Source of the DNA: Phoronis australis
Taxonomy: Eukaryota > Animalia > Phoronida
DNA: 64,000 nucleotides
Direction: 5' to 3'
NCBI GenBank assembly: GCA_002633005.1
Contig: NMRA01000013.1
Span: 230,033 to 294,032 of the forward strand
The position numbers and the translations under genes were made by a program. This document shows positions 40,601 through 55,329 of this stretch, in pieces. Positions within the stretch are counted from its first letter, which is position 1; each line of letters opens with the position of its first letter. The notes under the pieces were generated by a model. The model saw nothing but the letters and a program-made list of their open reading frames with translations, searched no databases and was not told the DNA's origin.

Positions 40601-43600
40601 ATAAGAATCATGCAATACGTTGTCTTTCATTTCTGTGGACTCACTACCGCACCACTTTGTGTGTTGACAGGCTTCAGACGACGCATGCGGGACCATGTAT
40701 AGTCGGAAGTTAGACAAAGCTGGCAACTTGGTCGAAGAGTTTGAAAAAACGTGCATCCCATCGAGCGCATGCACCACACTGGGACGTGACCTAGTGAACA
40801 GCTGCTACATAACAAACGCAAACGTCGTCTCCACTTGTGTCTCTTGCTGCAAAGGTTACTTGTGTAACTTTCGATCATTTCAAGGATTTAGTGACCGACG
40901 GACAGGTTAGTATTAGGTAAAGACATGTTTGCATGATAAATATGGTAGCGACTACGACAGCAATTATTAGTATGTATGATTGTGTTGTTATAAATAAGCA
41001 CGTTAAATATGATAAGAATTATCGGCTTTATTACACGCCGTACGTTGGTCGCATCACGTGACCTATGCTTAGTCTGAAAAGATCTCTGTCCTGACAGGGC
41101 TCGAACCCAACACCTTCTGTTAACCTTGCAAACTCCGAAAAAATATCATGTGGCATAAGTAAGATTAGAATTCTGTAGTTAGTGGTGATGATGGTGATGA
41201 TGACTGTGATATTGACAACCATGTTGTATATAATGTCGTAGATTGAGAGTATGAATCTCTCCTCATCGTTTTACTCTAATTTATACTTGACTCAAAAATT
41301 AACATTACACTCCTGTTTTTTGTTTAAAAGGGCAACATTCGTGCGGTGAATGCACTGTATTTGTGGAATGCTATTTCTTGCCTTCTCTTACAGCTGTCCA
41401 AATGCATTGCGAATCAGAGATTACGAAGAATGCTTTGAAAGGTTCCTTCACATGGCGGCAATCTGCTGAAGGCACAACGGTCAAAGTCGTCTGTCCTATC
41501 CAGCTACCTCCTTCAAGTAATGAACAACAAAGTTTTCAACTACAAGCGTTAACGGCAAACAGAATTTGGTAATTGATTCGTTTCATTTGAATGTCACAGA
41601 TTTTAGAACATCGCGTTAATTTTATCATGTAGGTTAATGTTTGCATTAGAGCTGGATATTGGACTGTGCCGCTTTTTACCTTGACAAGTTCCTCGATATC
41701 CTTTGTCAGTGGTCCAAGTCCTTCGTATGTAGCTTTCACTAGTAAACCGATAAAATGCTCTTGGTAGTTCCAAGAAACGCAGTTAAGCCACCCCTACAGT
41801 AGTTACTGTTGCGAAGACCCATGAGCACAAACCCAAAAGGTGGAAGTCTTTTGCCAGCATACTGCTTGAGCAGATTCTTTGCAGTATTGTTCATCATATT
41901 TCACTAATAAAAAATGTCGCCATATAAAGTCGCATGATGAAAATAGGTTCCGAGGAAGCAAACAACTGTTGATCACAGAGAAATGTCTATCGGATATCGC
42001 GATTGAATCTATTCATGGATTACCCCAGCTCATTGACAGGACAAGATTTATTGATACGCATTTGCAAATCGAAACCAGGGTAGAATTCAGTAATGCTAGG
42101 ACATACACTAGAACTTCGCTAAAATCTGGCCAAAATCACGTGTTCTCATTTAAAATAAACTGCAATGTCTCAAGTAATCTCACAGTCTTGCCTTGTAGCG
42201 AGGTCTCATCGCTACTGAAATCTACCCAGTGTTTCGCATTATCCTTTAAACGGATAGCGGCAAGATTAAGTGCTCTTTATTTCATTTTTACAAATCAGTG
42301 CTGATCGGAAAACTCATTCCACGCTATTGCCTGCTTGTGAAGTATTTTAAAAGTCCACTGGTGGTCTACTTTCCAACTTTCCGAAAGTCGCGCTGTAATA
42401 TGCCCAATGTTCAATTTGTTAATTCACATTAGATACTATTAATGGAGATTAAATAGAATGACATAATTGTGAAAATTTAAGACAGTTAATTTCTTTCACT
42501 TTGTGTTTGTTTGTATACAAATACTCGATAACAATCTGGTTTATCGAGGTGTATAGTCATTTGATGATATCTGCTCCCCTGCTTTTGCCACCGGCAGGCT
42601 CTCCTCTTTGGTTCTTCGTATATCGTTGATGTTTATAACAAACGTTTCAAGCACATTGTAAGCCATCTTGAATTGGCAAAATCGGCGAGAAAAGTGCGTT
42701 TCGGAATAGCCTGAAGAAGGATTGGAACTCACGACATCAGCGGCCTCAGTCCAACTCGTTTTGCTAACGAAGCTACACTGTATAGCCCATTCGACAAATA
42801 GATAATGCAGAATGCTTAACGAGTGTTTAAGGTTATCTCGGACCTTAATAAACGACATCAACTCTAAGTCAAGTATCGTAATAATATGCTTTGTCAACCC
42901 CCAGCCGGTTTTACTAAAACTTTTTTTAAATTATAACTTTACGTTATGTCTCAAAAACGCTGTTAGAATGAACAATAAAACAATTCTTACAGATCTTTTG
43001 AGACATTACGTCAAGTTTTCATTTAAAAAGTTTTAGTAAAATCCGCAGTGGGGTTATTTTTCTATGGATTATTTCTTGCACGTGAAATTTTGACTTAAAA
43101 ACGTGGTCACGTGACTATAATAAAGACACACTAGTACGAAGCATGTTTTTAGAATCCACGATCTTTGTCCTTTCAGAAAGTATATACTTTTAATAGTTGG
43201 CTGGCAAAGCGTAATTTTTTCGATATTTGATTTAGAGTTGAGATCGTTTATCAAGGTCCTAGAAAACCTTAACCAATAAAGTCACCGGTCAAGATTTCAG
43301 CCAACAAATTCCAGCTGATGATGAGAATTGATGATGTGCCGGTAATGAATGTCACAAAAACGCAATGATGTTGTTTTGTTTTATGGGTGTGGTCAAGTCT
43401 AAGTTTAAGATGTTTATTCCATCCATAAGTAATTCCAAAACGCGTTTTCAGAATCGATAATGTCCCTCTCGGCCGTTTTTACGCTTTCTTTCTCGAAACC
43501 AATTTTTGTGAGACAAAGATGGCGGACTATCGTTGTAGTAACATGATCTCGCAGCCTCATTGGCTGAAATATTAGCTTGATTGACATTTTGGAACGATGC

Positions 43601-46600
43601 AATTGCTTATTTATCCTTGTGCTTCTTGCGTCTGTTGGAAAAAGCTGTACTGATTTATATTTGCCTCTGGCCGTTATATGTAGTTGAGGTTATTCAAATG
43701 AATGTCTGACATTGCAGCAAATCTGGTGGTTTCTGGGGTGAACCTGATCTTGCAGCCTGTCCTTCTAAAATAACGAAACTGGCTACTTCTTCAATCACCA
43801 GCTGTAAGTAATTAAAATGCTTGAACTTCGTTCAACATTGGATGAAGTCCCTTAAATCGTAAATATTTGGTGTGAGCTAAATGTATTTAAAATATCCGTA
43901 GTGTCAACGTTTCATCTTGGAAGCTTATTTTTGTGATGTAGTGTAAAGTTACCTGCTCCAAGTTCTTGGTTTCGCTATTTGATTGACCATCAGAATCGAA
44001 GCCAATACTCACGGCTTGCTTTAGCAGCCACATGTTTTAGACGCGATCATATTCATTTTTTTCGAACTTATCCGTTATGCGTACAGCACGATTTTTAAGA
44101 ATTATGCATCTCCATATAAAGACAGGAAGTAACTCAGTCTAGTCAGACCCGTTAGTGCATACATGTAGATCAGTTTATACAGTTACATTAGTCACGATGA
44201 CGGTAGTCATACATGAACAAAGACTGGGTGTAAATTACTAATTTTGTTTTACATGGTGTACATTACCCAATCTACGTGACAGGTTACAATATAAGGATAT
44301 TCATAGGTCACCTTTATTGAACTCTTGGGTTTTCAAGCGAAAGTCACTATCAAATCCCGTGGTATTGCAGGTTAGCCTGGCTATCACTGGAGAACATTTT
44401 TTTTACTGAAAGTGTCACCATCCAGCAGGCTGCTAAACTGGCTAGACGTGAGGCAGTCCTTGGCAACAAGTGGCTCTTTTGTTCTCGGACAGTCAAGCAG
44501 CCATTAAAACTCTACCCAAGCTCAAAGTCAGTCCCAGCTTTGTCAGGGCCTGTGTGGGTGAGCTTAATCACTTGGCAGTTGGAGGAACTGTTCACATCAA
44601 TTGGGTCAAAGCACAGGGTGACATTTATGGTCATGAAGCTGCTGACTGCGCTTTGTTTTGTATCCAAACCCTCTATTCCAGTGTCCTATGGGTGCTACAG
44701 AGCAAATATGAAACAGTGGGTACTTAAAATGTTTCAGATGCACGGGGGAAGTGCCCACGTGCAGAAAAACAAAACAAATATTTCCAAGTTCTATTGAACG
44801 AGGGAGTTCTAAGAGGCGCTTGTGCTTAAGTAGGCTAGCTATTCAGCAGCTGATCCAAGTTAACAGCGGGCAGTGCAATCTGGCGCAGCATTGAAACGTC
44901 ACTCACCACGTGACATGCTCATGCTGTCCCAAGAGCAACATGGCAGTTGAGACTCCTCAACATTTAATAGACATTTACGCTCCCCACCAAAGGCTTCTCA
45001 ACCTACTATTTAACCAACAGGTGTCCTGCCTGGAGGAAATCGCTAGATCATTCAGGTTTAAGAGTCTTTTTAACTTCCTAAATGAAACAGGCAGATTGGA
45101 AGACTTTAAACACGAAGAACTCCATGCTTGGTGGTTCCTCATAAATCATTACCAGGTGATTGGTGTAATGGTCGCGGCCTTGCGGCTTAAGCACGCCTGA
45201 TGCACTGCAAAAGGCACCAGGTCATCTGCCTACTTTTTATTGCATGTTAAAAGCATACCCAAACCCGGCCTGGATATTGATATTTTCTCTCAGTGGTATG
45301 AATTGTCCGTCCATGGATACACGTATTCCAAAAATCTGCCCCTTGGTCCCGAACTTGAAAAGTGAACAGAATCAAATTCCCAACGTCATTTTTTTCAGCT
45401 AATGCAGATGCTGCCGCAAGCGAACTGGCTAACCTTACGCGGTACGCCGACTTAATTGACGCAGACGATGTCACAAGTGTTGCGGACATGATGGAGCAGA
45501 TACTGCCGTATTCTACTGAAAACAACTCAGAATACATTGTGGAAATTTTCAGCAATATGATGGATACAAATGACTCGGTACTAAGTGAGGCCAAGGGTTC
45601 TACCGAGAGGTGAGTTTTCTAATCACAGCGCTTCGAATAAACAGTCACCTTAATTCAGACCTTTAGTTAAAACTTACATGTACTTGTGTTTTCAGTCTAT
45701 AAAATATGGAACACGTGCCAACTGAATTGCTGTCTTTATTCGCCGAAAATTGTCACGCCCTTCACTAGCCTGTTAAAAATATCATACGACTGAGAATCTG
45801 TTTTTGTGGCTAACGCGTCTCCCTGTATACCCAATCTTAAGTTTTGCAAAAGTGTCACAATTTTTGTTTTAAGGTTGCTGCATCAAATCGAACAGTTTAC
45901 CGCCGATGTCCAGTTTACGAAGAATCCGCTGGTCGTGCAGAAAGTCAATATGGCGGTTAAAATAGAAAAGGTGTCTGCTGCCAACTTCAGTGGAAGAACT
46001 TATCGACCATCGGTCAACAATGTAAGAACAGAGCTATCATTGATTTAAGGATTTTTATCGTCTAATGTTATGCGATCCGTTACGTCATGACGACTTCCAG
46101 AAAACTTGAGGTCTTTTGCGTTTAAAGATCACTTAAAGCGAGATTTCTACAAATATAGAAGGGTAAAATTTGCCTGCTGTTATTTATAGTAATTGTTTTG
46201 ATTTCTTAATAAGTTGACTGGTAAACCATTCAGATTGAATAGTAACGGTCGCACATTTTTGAGATCTATGGACGACATCGAAGGGCATTGAACCTTTCAT
46301 GTTATCAACGTCAGTGAATTTTTTTATTTGTAGTCTAATGCATTTTTACATAATCCATTGACAGAGATCATTGATGTGCGTCCGTAAAACGAAAAGAAAC
46401 CTATTTTGAGCTAATGTGTTGTTGTTGGATATGTATTTTCAGTCAATCGTCTTGCCACGTTCTTTGTTTGAAAAAGTAAACGGCTCACACGTCAAAAGAA
46501 TTCAGTTCGTGAATCAAGCTAAGGACAGCTTGTTTAAGGTACATTTATTATACGAAACTGTGACACCCTGGTTGAAAAACATATTTGTCAAATGAAAATT

Positions 46601-49600
46601 ACTTTAATATAATTGACAATCACATTCATGTACACCTGTACTCCTTGTCAATTCCACAAGAGAATGAAAAATTGCTTTCACATTGAGTTAAAAAAAAATT
46701 GCAGGCGGTCTGATACACGTTGTACCAGGCGAGTAGCACCCGCTGCCTCCTTTCGCGTTGAGTGAGGAAGAGAATGATTTATAACGTACACTGTATACCC
46801 GCTCCGTAGCTTTTAGGACGAAAATGATGAAATGTACTTTTTAGCTGGATGAGAATTTCCTGTCATTTTCTTTGTATTGTGGGAAAAGTTTTCAATTTGT
46901 CTCTTTTTCATAATTTTAAGGCATTTATAGAATTACTATTGACTTGACACTCCATTTTTCATTCAAGAATTGTCTTTTCTACTGATTGAGACAACAAAAG
47001 TTCCGTTCCGTGGAAGTCGTTGACGGAGGGTTTTATTTCAATTTTAGGCTGTCTGGAACCGCACGACCGCTCAGGCTAACGACAGTGTTAACAGTTTAGT
47101 GCTCTCTGCCAGTGTTGGAAGATTGTCTTTACAGAACCTGACGGAAAACGTGTCCATCACATTCGAGCATTATGAAAAAAATGTAAGTTTTCATTAAAAA
47201 CGGAAAACCATAAAACATATTGTGACTGTTCTTTTATCGTTGATTCAACTTGATGCAGCATGTTGTGTTCATATATTATACTGAGTTGTACCTGGGACAT
47301 CTCCAAGAGCGTTAAGCGATTTTGGTGACACTGACATCGTTTTCATGGTCACAACGAGAAAATCAAATTTCCACTTGGGAAAGTGTTAGTGGTATGATAT
47401 CTCAAGAAGGGAGCTTTAGATTACGTTTTAGTATCCAGACGTATGCGGTCATGGCCAGCCACCAATCAATTTTGGTGACCATTATCTCGTTTTCAAGATC
47501 ATCGCCGGAAGTGTTGATTGTATGTAATTGTGCACAGTAAGAAAGTGGAATTTATACTTTGAATTTTGGGGAATATTGAATATTTTCAGATATGTTGGAA
47601 ATAAATTGGTGGCCTTGAATGCGTACTTTCCAAGGCGGATGGAGATAACTTGGTCACCCTGTGACAAATTATTGTCTTTGTTAATTTTTCAAACTACTCT
47701 TTTGTCTTTTGTATTCCTTCCAGGCATCGAAACTACGCTGTGTGTTTTGGGATATCTCCAAGGCGCAATGGTCGACCGATGGGTGCTCAGTTAGAGAGAC
47801 CATTGGCCAATCGACAACGTGTGAATGTAATCATCTGACTAATTTTGCATTACTGATTGTAAGTCACGCAATCTGTATGTAAACATTATCATGTAAAAGA
47901 CTGTCATTGACTCTTTTGCTTAAACTGTAAAGCGTTTGTGGAGGAAATGGGTTTTAGTGGACGTACAAAGTTGCGTAAAGCCCATTGAAAACCCTACCTA
48001 TGAACAGTTGTCTACAGCATAACTCTATGCTGAAGTATACATATTCTAGGAAAATATCCTATAATAGGTAAACGTTACAAAAACATAAGAAGTTTAGATT
48101 CAAGTATTGTGCTATGTATTATATAAGTAAATCTCAAGGGATACACCGTTCACAAATGGTCGAGTGTCCATTGCAGTAATACATGTTCAAGCTGCATGCA
48201 TCCACTTCCTGTAAAATGCTTCATGCTTGGTCCTGCATTTTGTGTTTTGTTACAGGATATCTATGGAGACCTTACAGGCATTGATGAGGGAAACAAAAGG
48301 GTGCTGTCAATCGTCTCCTATATTGGTTGTGGCATATCCTGCTTTGGTCTTGTCTTGACTGTCATTACGTATTTAATGTTCAGGTAATTTTTTGCTTATT
48401 ACATGTTCACTACATTTAAATTGACGAGATGCTCAAAGGTGCACAGGTAACCAATGGCCATTGAGCACATAGTCTTTAAGTGTCGGTGTTTTCTATGAAT
48501 TCTGTTTATTTATTGGCAACTTGTTTACCCCGAATGACCTATACAATGTGACGATTTGTGTGTTATTTCGATTTTCTTTTGTTGGTTGTGATTACATATG
48601 TGAAGCTCTGGTTCGTTAAACACTTCCATTTTTATGTGTTTTGGGTCCCCTGAATTGAGAACGCCGACTAAGTTTAAAAGGACTTTTATATTTTGATATT
48701 GGTGAATCACTATACAGTGTACATCCTATCAGCAGAGAACGGCATAGTGATTTCTTCTGAAATGTCATGGTAAAATTCAATTCTTTTTGGATGTGTCTGT
48801 TTTTGTCTTGTTAGTTTTGGTTTCATGTAAATGTAGAATATGAAAAGTTCATTCACAAGATGATTACACCACCTATTTATCAATTTAGAAAACTGAGGAA
48901 AGACAATCCGTCCAAAATTCTGATCAATCTCTGCTTTGCTTTGCTGGGAGTCAACATTATCTTCATCACCAGTACAATTGATACCAGTAATGTGATTGGC
49001 TGCAAGGTAAGTCTCATCAAAAGCTATGTCTTTGTAGAACATTCTTTCCAGTTTACTGCACATTAGGCCGTATCTCACAAGAACTTTCTCAAAATGTCCC
49101 GAACCGTCCTAAAATCCTGATGAATCAAGCTGGTTACGCCCTCAAACATGAAACGTTTGGCAAAAACGTGCTCTACATTGTACTCCACTCCGTTCGTGGA
49201 GTTTTGAATAGATTGTGACAACTGTTTCCAATGTATTGTCTCTTTCACACCCATTTTTTTCCAGTTGAATCAAATTTCTTGAAAACAATGTGAAAACTAG
49301 AGCAGGGCCCTGAACAGCTGTCTGTCACAATAGTGATCAAAGACATAATGATAAATCTTGCTGCCTCATCTACTGCACACCACAAAATTAGAGCCACTGG
49401 GTCCCTCTAGTCCTGCGTACAAGTCAATGCTAAAATTGTTCAAGTGTGCATTAAGATCAGATGGATTTTGTAGATGTCGCCCAAATCACCTTAAATATTT
49501 TCTCCAAGAGAGGCTCATATTTTTATATTTCAGTAGACTGTTCAAGCCGTGATAACTACAGAAATTTGTTATTTTGAACCTGTTTCATAGCTTATTATTA

Positions 49601-52600
49601 TAAAAATTTGTCATCAATGACAGTCTTAGAATTAACAGTCTGTGCAGAAGTTTTTCCTTCAGACGGTTTAATTATAACCGTCTTATTAGAAAGCTATAAA
49701 CCATTTACGCTAATTGCTGCATGGGCAACTTCTGAGTCGACTCGTGACGCCACCTGGCGATAGTGTATCCCGAAAGGTAAATTGAGGGCCTGAAAGGGTG
49801 GCTAGGAGCGTCGTTCGGTCCAGTTCCCAATTTCCTATGTATTTGTTTTGTATTATGATTATATATCGTTTTTTTTGCAAAGTTACAGGTCGATGTGTTA
49901 TTTACAGGTATCGACTGTTGGTGTGATTAATTAATAAGGAAGTTCCTAACGTTTTGTTTAATTTGAAGACTGAATACAAGATTGAAACGTTACGGTATTG
50001 CTTTTACCTTCGTGTGCCGGTGCATCGTTTATTCATTGACGTTTGTGGAATTTAAATGAATGAAACAAGTCTGGATGAAATCTGGATTTGATGAAGCATA
50101 AATATGCTCTTTTTCGTATATGTACGGTTAAATTGAAATATTCCTATTACTTTACGTTGGTTCTTACTGCAATTCGACCTCAATGTAGGCCTAATATCGC
50201 TGTCGCCGGTCACGATATACGGCAATTAATTTCCATTACGTTGCGTTTTTGCATATTTGTCAAGGCACTTTTGAGCTTCATGAAATTGTTTTCTTGTTTC
50301 TGTTATGTGATGAGGTGATAAATGTGACAACGCACATGTTTAAATACGTGTGAAAACATTAGGGTATTCATTTCTGTATGGTATTACGCAGTTCACAAAT
50401 TTTAGCCAGTTTTGCCACAGTAACACAATTGCGTTGTGACAGTTGCAGTTCACAGTCCACGTGCATGTACAGTGCACGTGCGTCCCCCGGGCGTGGTAAG
50501 AGTATTGGATCTCATACCGGTGTTAATCTGTTGAAAACTAAGAGAAAAATAATGATTTTTCGCACCGGGTTTTCCTTTTTAGCGATATATACGATATGTT
50601 TAGTTAATCGAGAGGAAATCCGCTATTTTGTTGATGAATTTGGGATACGCATCCGTTTATGCAGTTGGCACCATAACCCCAAAAAGTTGATACTTATTAT
50701 ACTTCACTGAGTTGTGTCTTTTTGAAGCGAATCTGACGTAGATCAGTTTCAGTGTTATTGTTTGTAAACATAAAAGAATCATGATTTTTTTATTCTGCTG
50801 CTGTGAACTTAAAAACAGTGTTCATATTCATCTGCTCATACCTAATGGAACGCAGGCAAGAACAGCATGTTGTATTTCTGTAGTACTCACATTAATTTGA
50901 TAAGACTACGATAAGAAGACGTCGTTGAAGAATAATGAAGATCCTAATTAAATACCTCTTTACACAAGGTTATAATAAATTAGACGAAAAATGTAAATTT
51001 CATAGCAAATATGTGACAAAGTGGCGATTGGAACGACCCACGTTACTAGCGATCATACACTGCAGCTGAGAAATAAATGCGCAAGTTCCATTCAAACTGG
51101 CGTCTCCGACAATACGCTGTTTTAACACAATTAACAAACTAAAATACATTAGTTAGGGGCGTTTCCATGATTTTAATCATGGAAACGTACCTAGCAAACA
51201 TAGTTTGCATATATTTTGTAAATGTCTTTGACCTGTGAACAGGTGTTTAAAACACCTGTTCACAGGTCGCGTGGTTAACGCTCTCACAAGACAATTCTAT
51301 GCGTATTGAAAAACGTTTAGGAGAGGTTCATTATACGGACTTAATTGTTGTCAAATGTGTTTTAAAGTTGTTGCTATAAGTTTGTGTTTAATTTGTACCA
51401 GCCCGTGTCAGCTTGTAACACACGACCACATATATTCCATTGAACATTGCCAACGTTCAGTGTGTGTCAATGTTGCTGTGACAGATAGATTTCGTGCAAT
51501 TGTTACCGCCGGTGCTGCCAGCGATTCCTTGGTGTCCTGAATTATAAATTGTGAATGAGATTATATTTAGCTATGTATCTATGTCTTTTGTTGTGCCTTG
51601 TGTATTGAGTATTTGTCTTAGTTTTAAGATTGTGTTCTGTACCCTTATGAGTCCCACTGGGTCACACTGCTAAACCCTTGAGTCTGGTTTCTAGCTCCTC
51701 AGCTCGGTTATAACTATATATTAATAAAGCACAAAAATAGTTCCAGGTGATCAGCGCAATGGGCCCACATGCGCGGCCTGCGCACGTCTGGGACAACGTG
51801 TAACCAGACCGCCTGCAGTTATTTTTTATGAGTCATAAGGGCCTTTCTTACTAACGTCGACACGTCGATGGTTTGGGGAGTTGCGGACAGTATGAAAGCT
51901 TAACCCCAGTCCTGGATTGCAGTTAACAGGTGGATTAACAGCGCAGCGTCGACGCTGCGGTGTAGTGAGAACGGTTAACTTCGGTCCAATCGAAGTTATC
52001 GCCAGGTGCCATTGTTATCGGCAACAATAACAAGGTTGTGCCGTCACTATAAGCTGCTTATATTTTGCTCTAATAATAACCAATCGATTTAAAAATGAAA
52101 GCGCTCCGAGGAGAGAAACTTGGCGAAATTAACCAAAAAAACCACGTTAGAGATGACGAGAAAAGACGACGACAGAGATGATGACGAAGATGACAGCTAT
52201 GACGACGATGGTGGCGATGATGGACAATGCAAGTTATGATATCATTCATATGACGAACGTAGAGGTCAAAAATCACTAAGAAATAGGCTACGATCTTAAG
52301 CGACACTTGGCGAAATTAAATGAAGAAAAGACGACGTCGAAGATGATGACGAAGATGACGAATATGATGATGGTGGTGGCGAACAACATCATAACATTCA
52401 TACGACGAACTTAGATGTCATAAATTAATGAGAAATAGGCTACAGTCTAGTTCAATAGAAGCTAAACCAACATCAGTGCATTTAAAAATAAGTTTAATGT
52501 CAATTAGTACATGTAAATGTTCCCAAATTGTCACGTTGAAAAAAATCTTAGTGTGTAGCGCTACCTTGCGATAACTTCGATGACGACAGCGTCACCTACC

Positions 52601-55297
52601 GTCTACTTCGATGTTCATTAACTACCGAAGCCAGTATGAACGGTACTGCGCTATTTACGTCGACGCTTCGCTCAAACCGGAATTCAGTCAATATGAAAGG
52701 GCCTATAGACGACCATGGTATTCACGACCGTGCTCGTTCCCCTTGTTTTTCAAGGCAACCGACCGCACATTTTGTAATCATTGAACTCAGCACTAATTCG
52801 GTCAAGCCGAAACTTCAAACTGGAAAAGTGAAGTTAGTTTGGATGAATCTAGATTTCGTCACATCGTCCTCGTGTGACGGAGTGGCGAGGCAAATGTCAA
52901 CAAACGCGATTACACCACGACTTTCTGATGCGGACGCCACTGCGCATGCTCGAATTAAGTGACGAGCAGCGTCCTGTGTTACGCCAGAATAGCGTTGATT
53001 GGGCTGGTTACAATAGTGCACTGCATAATGCTTTCCAATCGACTTCAGCAGGCGCTCGTACAATATGGTGTACTAAGTTAAGAAGATTAACGTTTTCTCA
53101 CAGCATCTAAAATACCTGTCAGTTTTGCGATCTTCAACGTATGCCTTCAAGCAGGCGATTTGAATTGAAGAATATGGCTTTGTGTACAGCTCGCCTCACC
53201 ACTGAGTAGACTATACATTTTATCAATTCTTCGTTCGCCCTGTCACTTCATCGTAATTCATTTCAAAGACGAAAACGATGTCGCTTAGTATTCCCAAAAT
53301 CAACCGCTGCCACTTCATCATATTTTGTACAATGCGTCAATGAAAGACTGCGTTGGACCTGCCGTTGACTATGCCTCTTGCTGAACCAACCACTGAACTC
53401 CATTCGGGCCTGATTTTGTCATACCTGCATAAAACTAAGAGCATTCACGTGCTGTGTTAAAAAAGACACACACAAAAATCCTGCTACGCATTTGAACCAA
53501 ACATAGACAGGCGCTACATGGGGCTTCAAAGATCTTTATATTATTTATAATGTACGTTAGTTCCGTTAATAACATTCTTGATCGAGTTTACAAAACCATT
53601 TTGCAGCTGAGCATTAAAACATTAAAGCAGACATCAGGTGAACATGCATGTTCATTTCCGGGTTTTATAACTCTGGCGATACAAAGATTGACATGTTATT
53701 GGGAGATCTTCACGAGTTCAAGCAGTAGCAGATCGCTCTATAGCTACGCATACGAATGCAATGGACATTTTCACGAAAGACGTCGCTCTAGTCGGTTAGC
53801 GACTGGTCGCGCAGTGATGGCTTACGTAGTAAATGATGCAATGGAGTGAAATGCTTGATACAACTGTTGACGCGCTCAGTCGATCAATGTTTTACTTTCA
53901 TCCGTTTCCAAAACAGTTTCGAGAATAATTGTGTTTTGAACTACCACCATCCCGCTTGTTTAACCAACCTGTTATTTACCCTATAGATATGTTGCCGTTT
54001 TTCCCTGATAGCTCAAACATTTCATGCATTTATTGATAGACGATTGCTTTTTCAGATATCAGCGGCACTCCTTCACTACTTCCTCTTGGCAAGTTTCACG
54101 TGGATGGCCATCGAAGCATTTTACATGTATCTCGCTTTGGTTTTGGTGTTTCAAACTTATTACTCGCGGCTAATGCTCAAGCTTTGTCTATTTGGATGGG
54201 GTAAGTTGATTTGCCAACACCGCTACCCATGATACCGGTACTGGTAGGTCTAAGCCATTTGCCCTGTTGATGAGACGGATCTCTGAATTCAAGGAGAAAC
54301 ACATGCTGTGCACTGCAAATTTATTTAAAAGGTTTACCGCGTAATTTTAGGAATAGTCACGCCATATTATAATGAACTATCCCGCCAGACAGCGATGAGT
54401 GGTGGACAGGCATTTAGCGCCACCTACAGATCCCATGTAATGTGCACAGAAGGTTTCAACCGATTGGTACAAGCACCGTTTTAACCACCTTTTCTAATAT
54501 TGCCATGCCGGCAAATTTCACTGCTGTGTGAATGTACTAATACCTTACGAAAAAAGGCAAACCTTTTGAAGTATTAATGGATTTACAACGACATCATGTT
54601 TGGTAGGCTACATTCCATACTGCAAAGTGGCTACTGCAGAGAAAGCGGGAGAATTTCGATCCCAGCCGGTGTCAAAAATTAGTCATCATGTTACCTGCAG
54701 TGTATGTCACGTAAACAAAAGACATTAGAATAAATATTTATGATTGTCATATGTCTAAAGAAAATAGACTCTCGAAAATATCAATTTTCATAACAAAGTC
54801 AATGTTGAAAGCATGTTGCACAATTGTCACGGTCAACATTCGGACAACTGGGATGGATACGGGGACCTCAAGATAAAAAGCAGGACATCTGGGTCTATGC
54901 CAAAACTCAAGGGTAAAACGTTTGCCGCTTCACACGAAAACGTCCTGACAACCTTTTTATAGAAAGGAAGACGTTATCCCCAAAAGTGCCCGACGGCACG
55001 GTTTTTTTAGTCGAATGTGTGACAGAGCTCCGTCATCGGGACAACTGGCAAGTACACTGCACGGTGTCAGCAACACAAAGTATTGGAGTGAATTTTTTTA
55101 GAAGGTGAAATTGTCATTTTTAAAATTTTGTTCCACGGGAATATGTAAATAATAATGCTCAGTAATCGAATTAACAAAGACAAACATCTGGGAAACAGGT
55201 ACACATTGCACGTGTGAATTATTATACAAAGAATTGAAAAAACAATAATACACACGCACACACCACACATACACACACACGCACGCACGCACGCACG

Positions 55298-55329
<32 letters not shown>

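Noticed and set aside
40271-40910. LU exons as a separate nested Ly6 gene
   Set aside because: No own signal-peptide exon or GPI signal found, and phases fit the host gene on both sides. A truncated secreted isoform cannot be excluded.
44470-44727. Cellular RNase H gene
   Set aside because: Catalytic motifs are degenerate and followed by a LINE zinc knuckle, so it is a retroelement relic.
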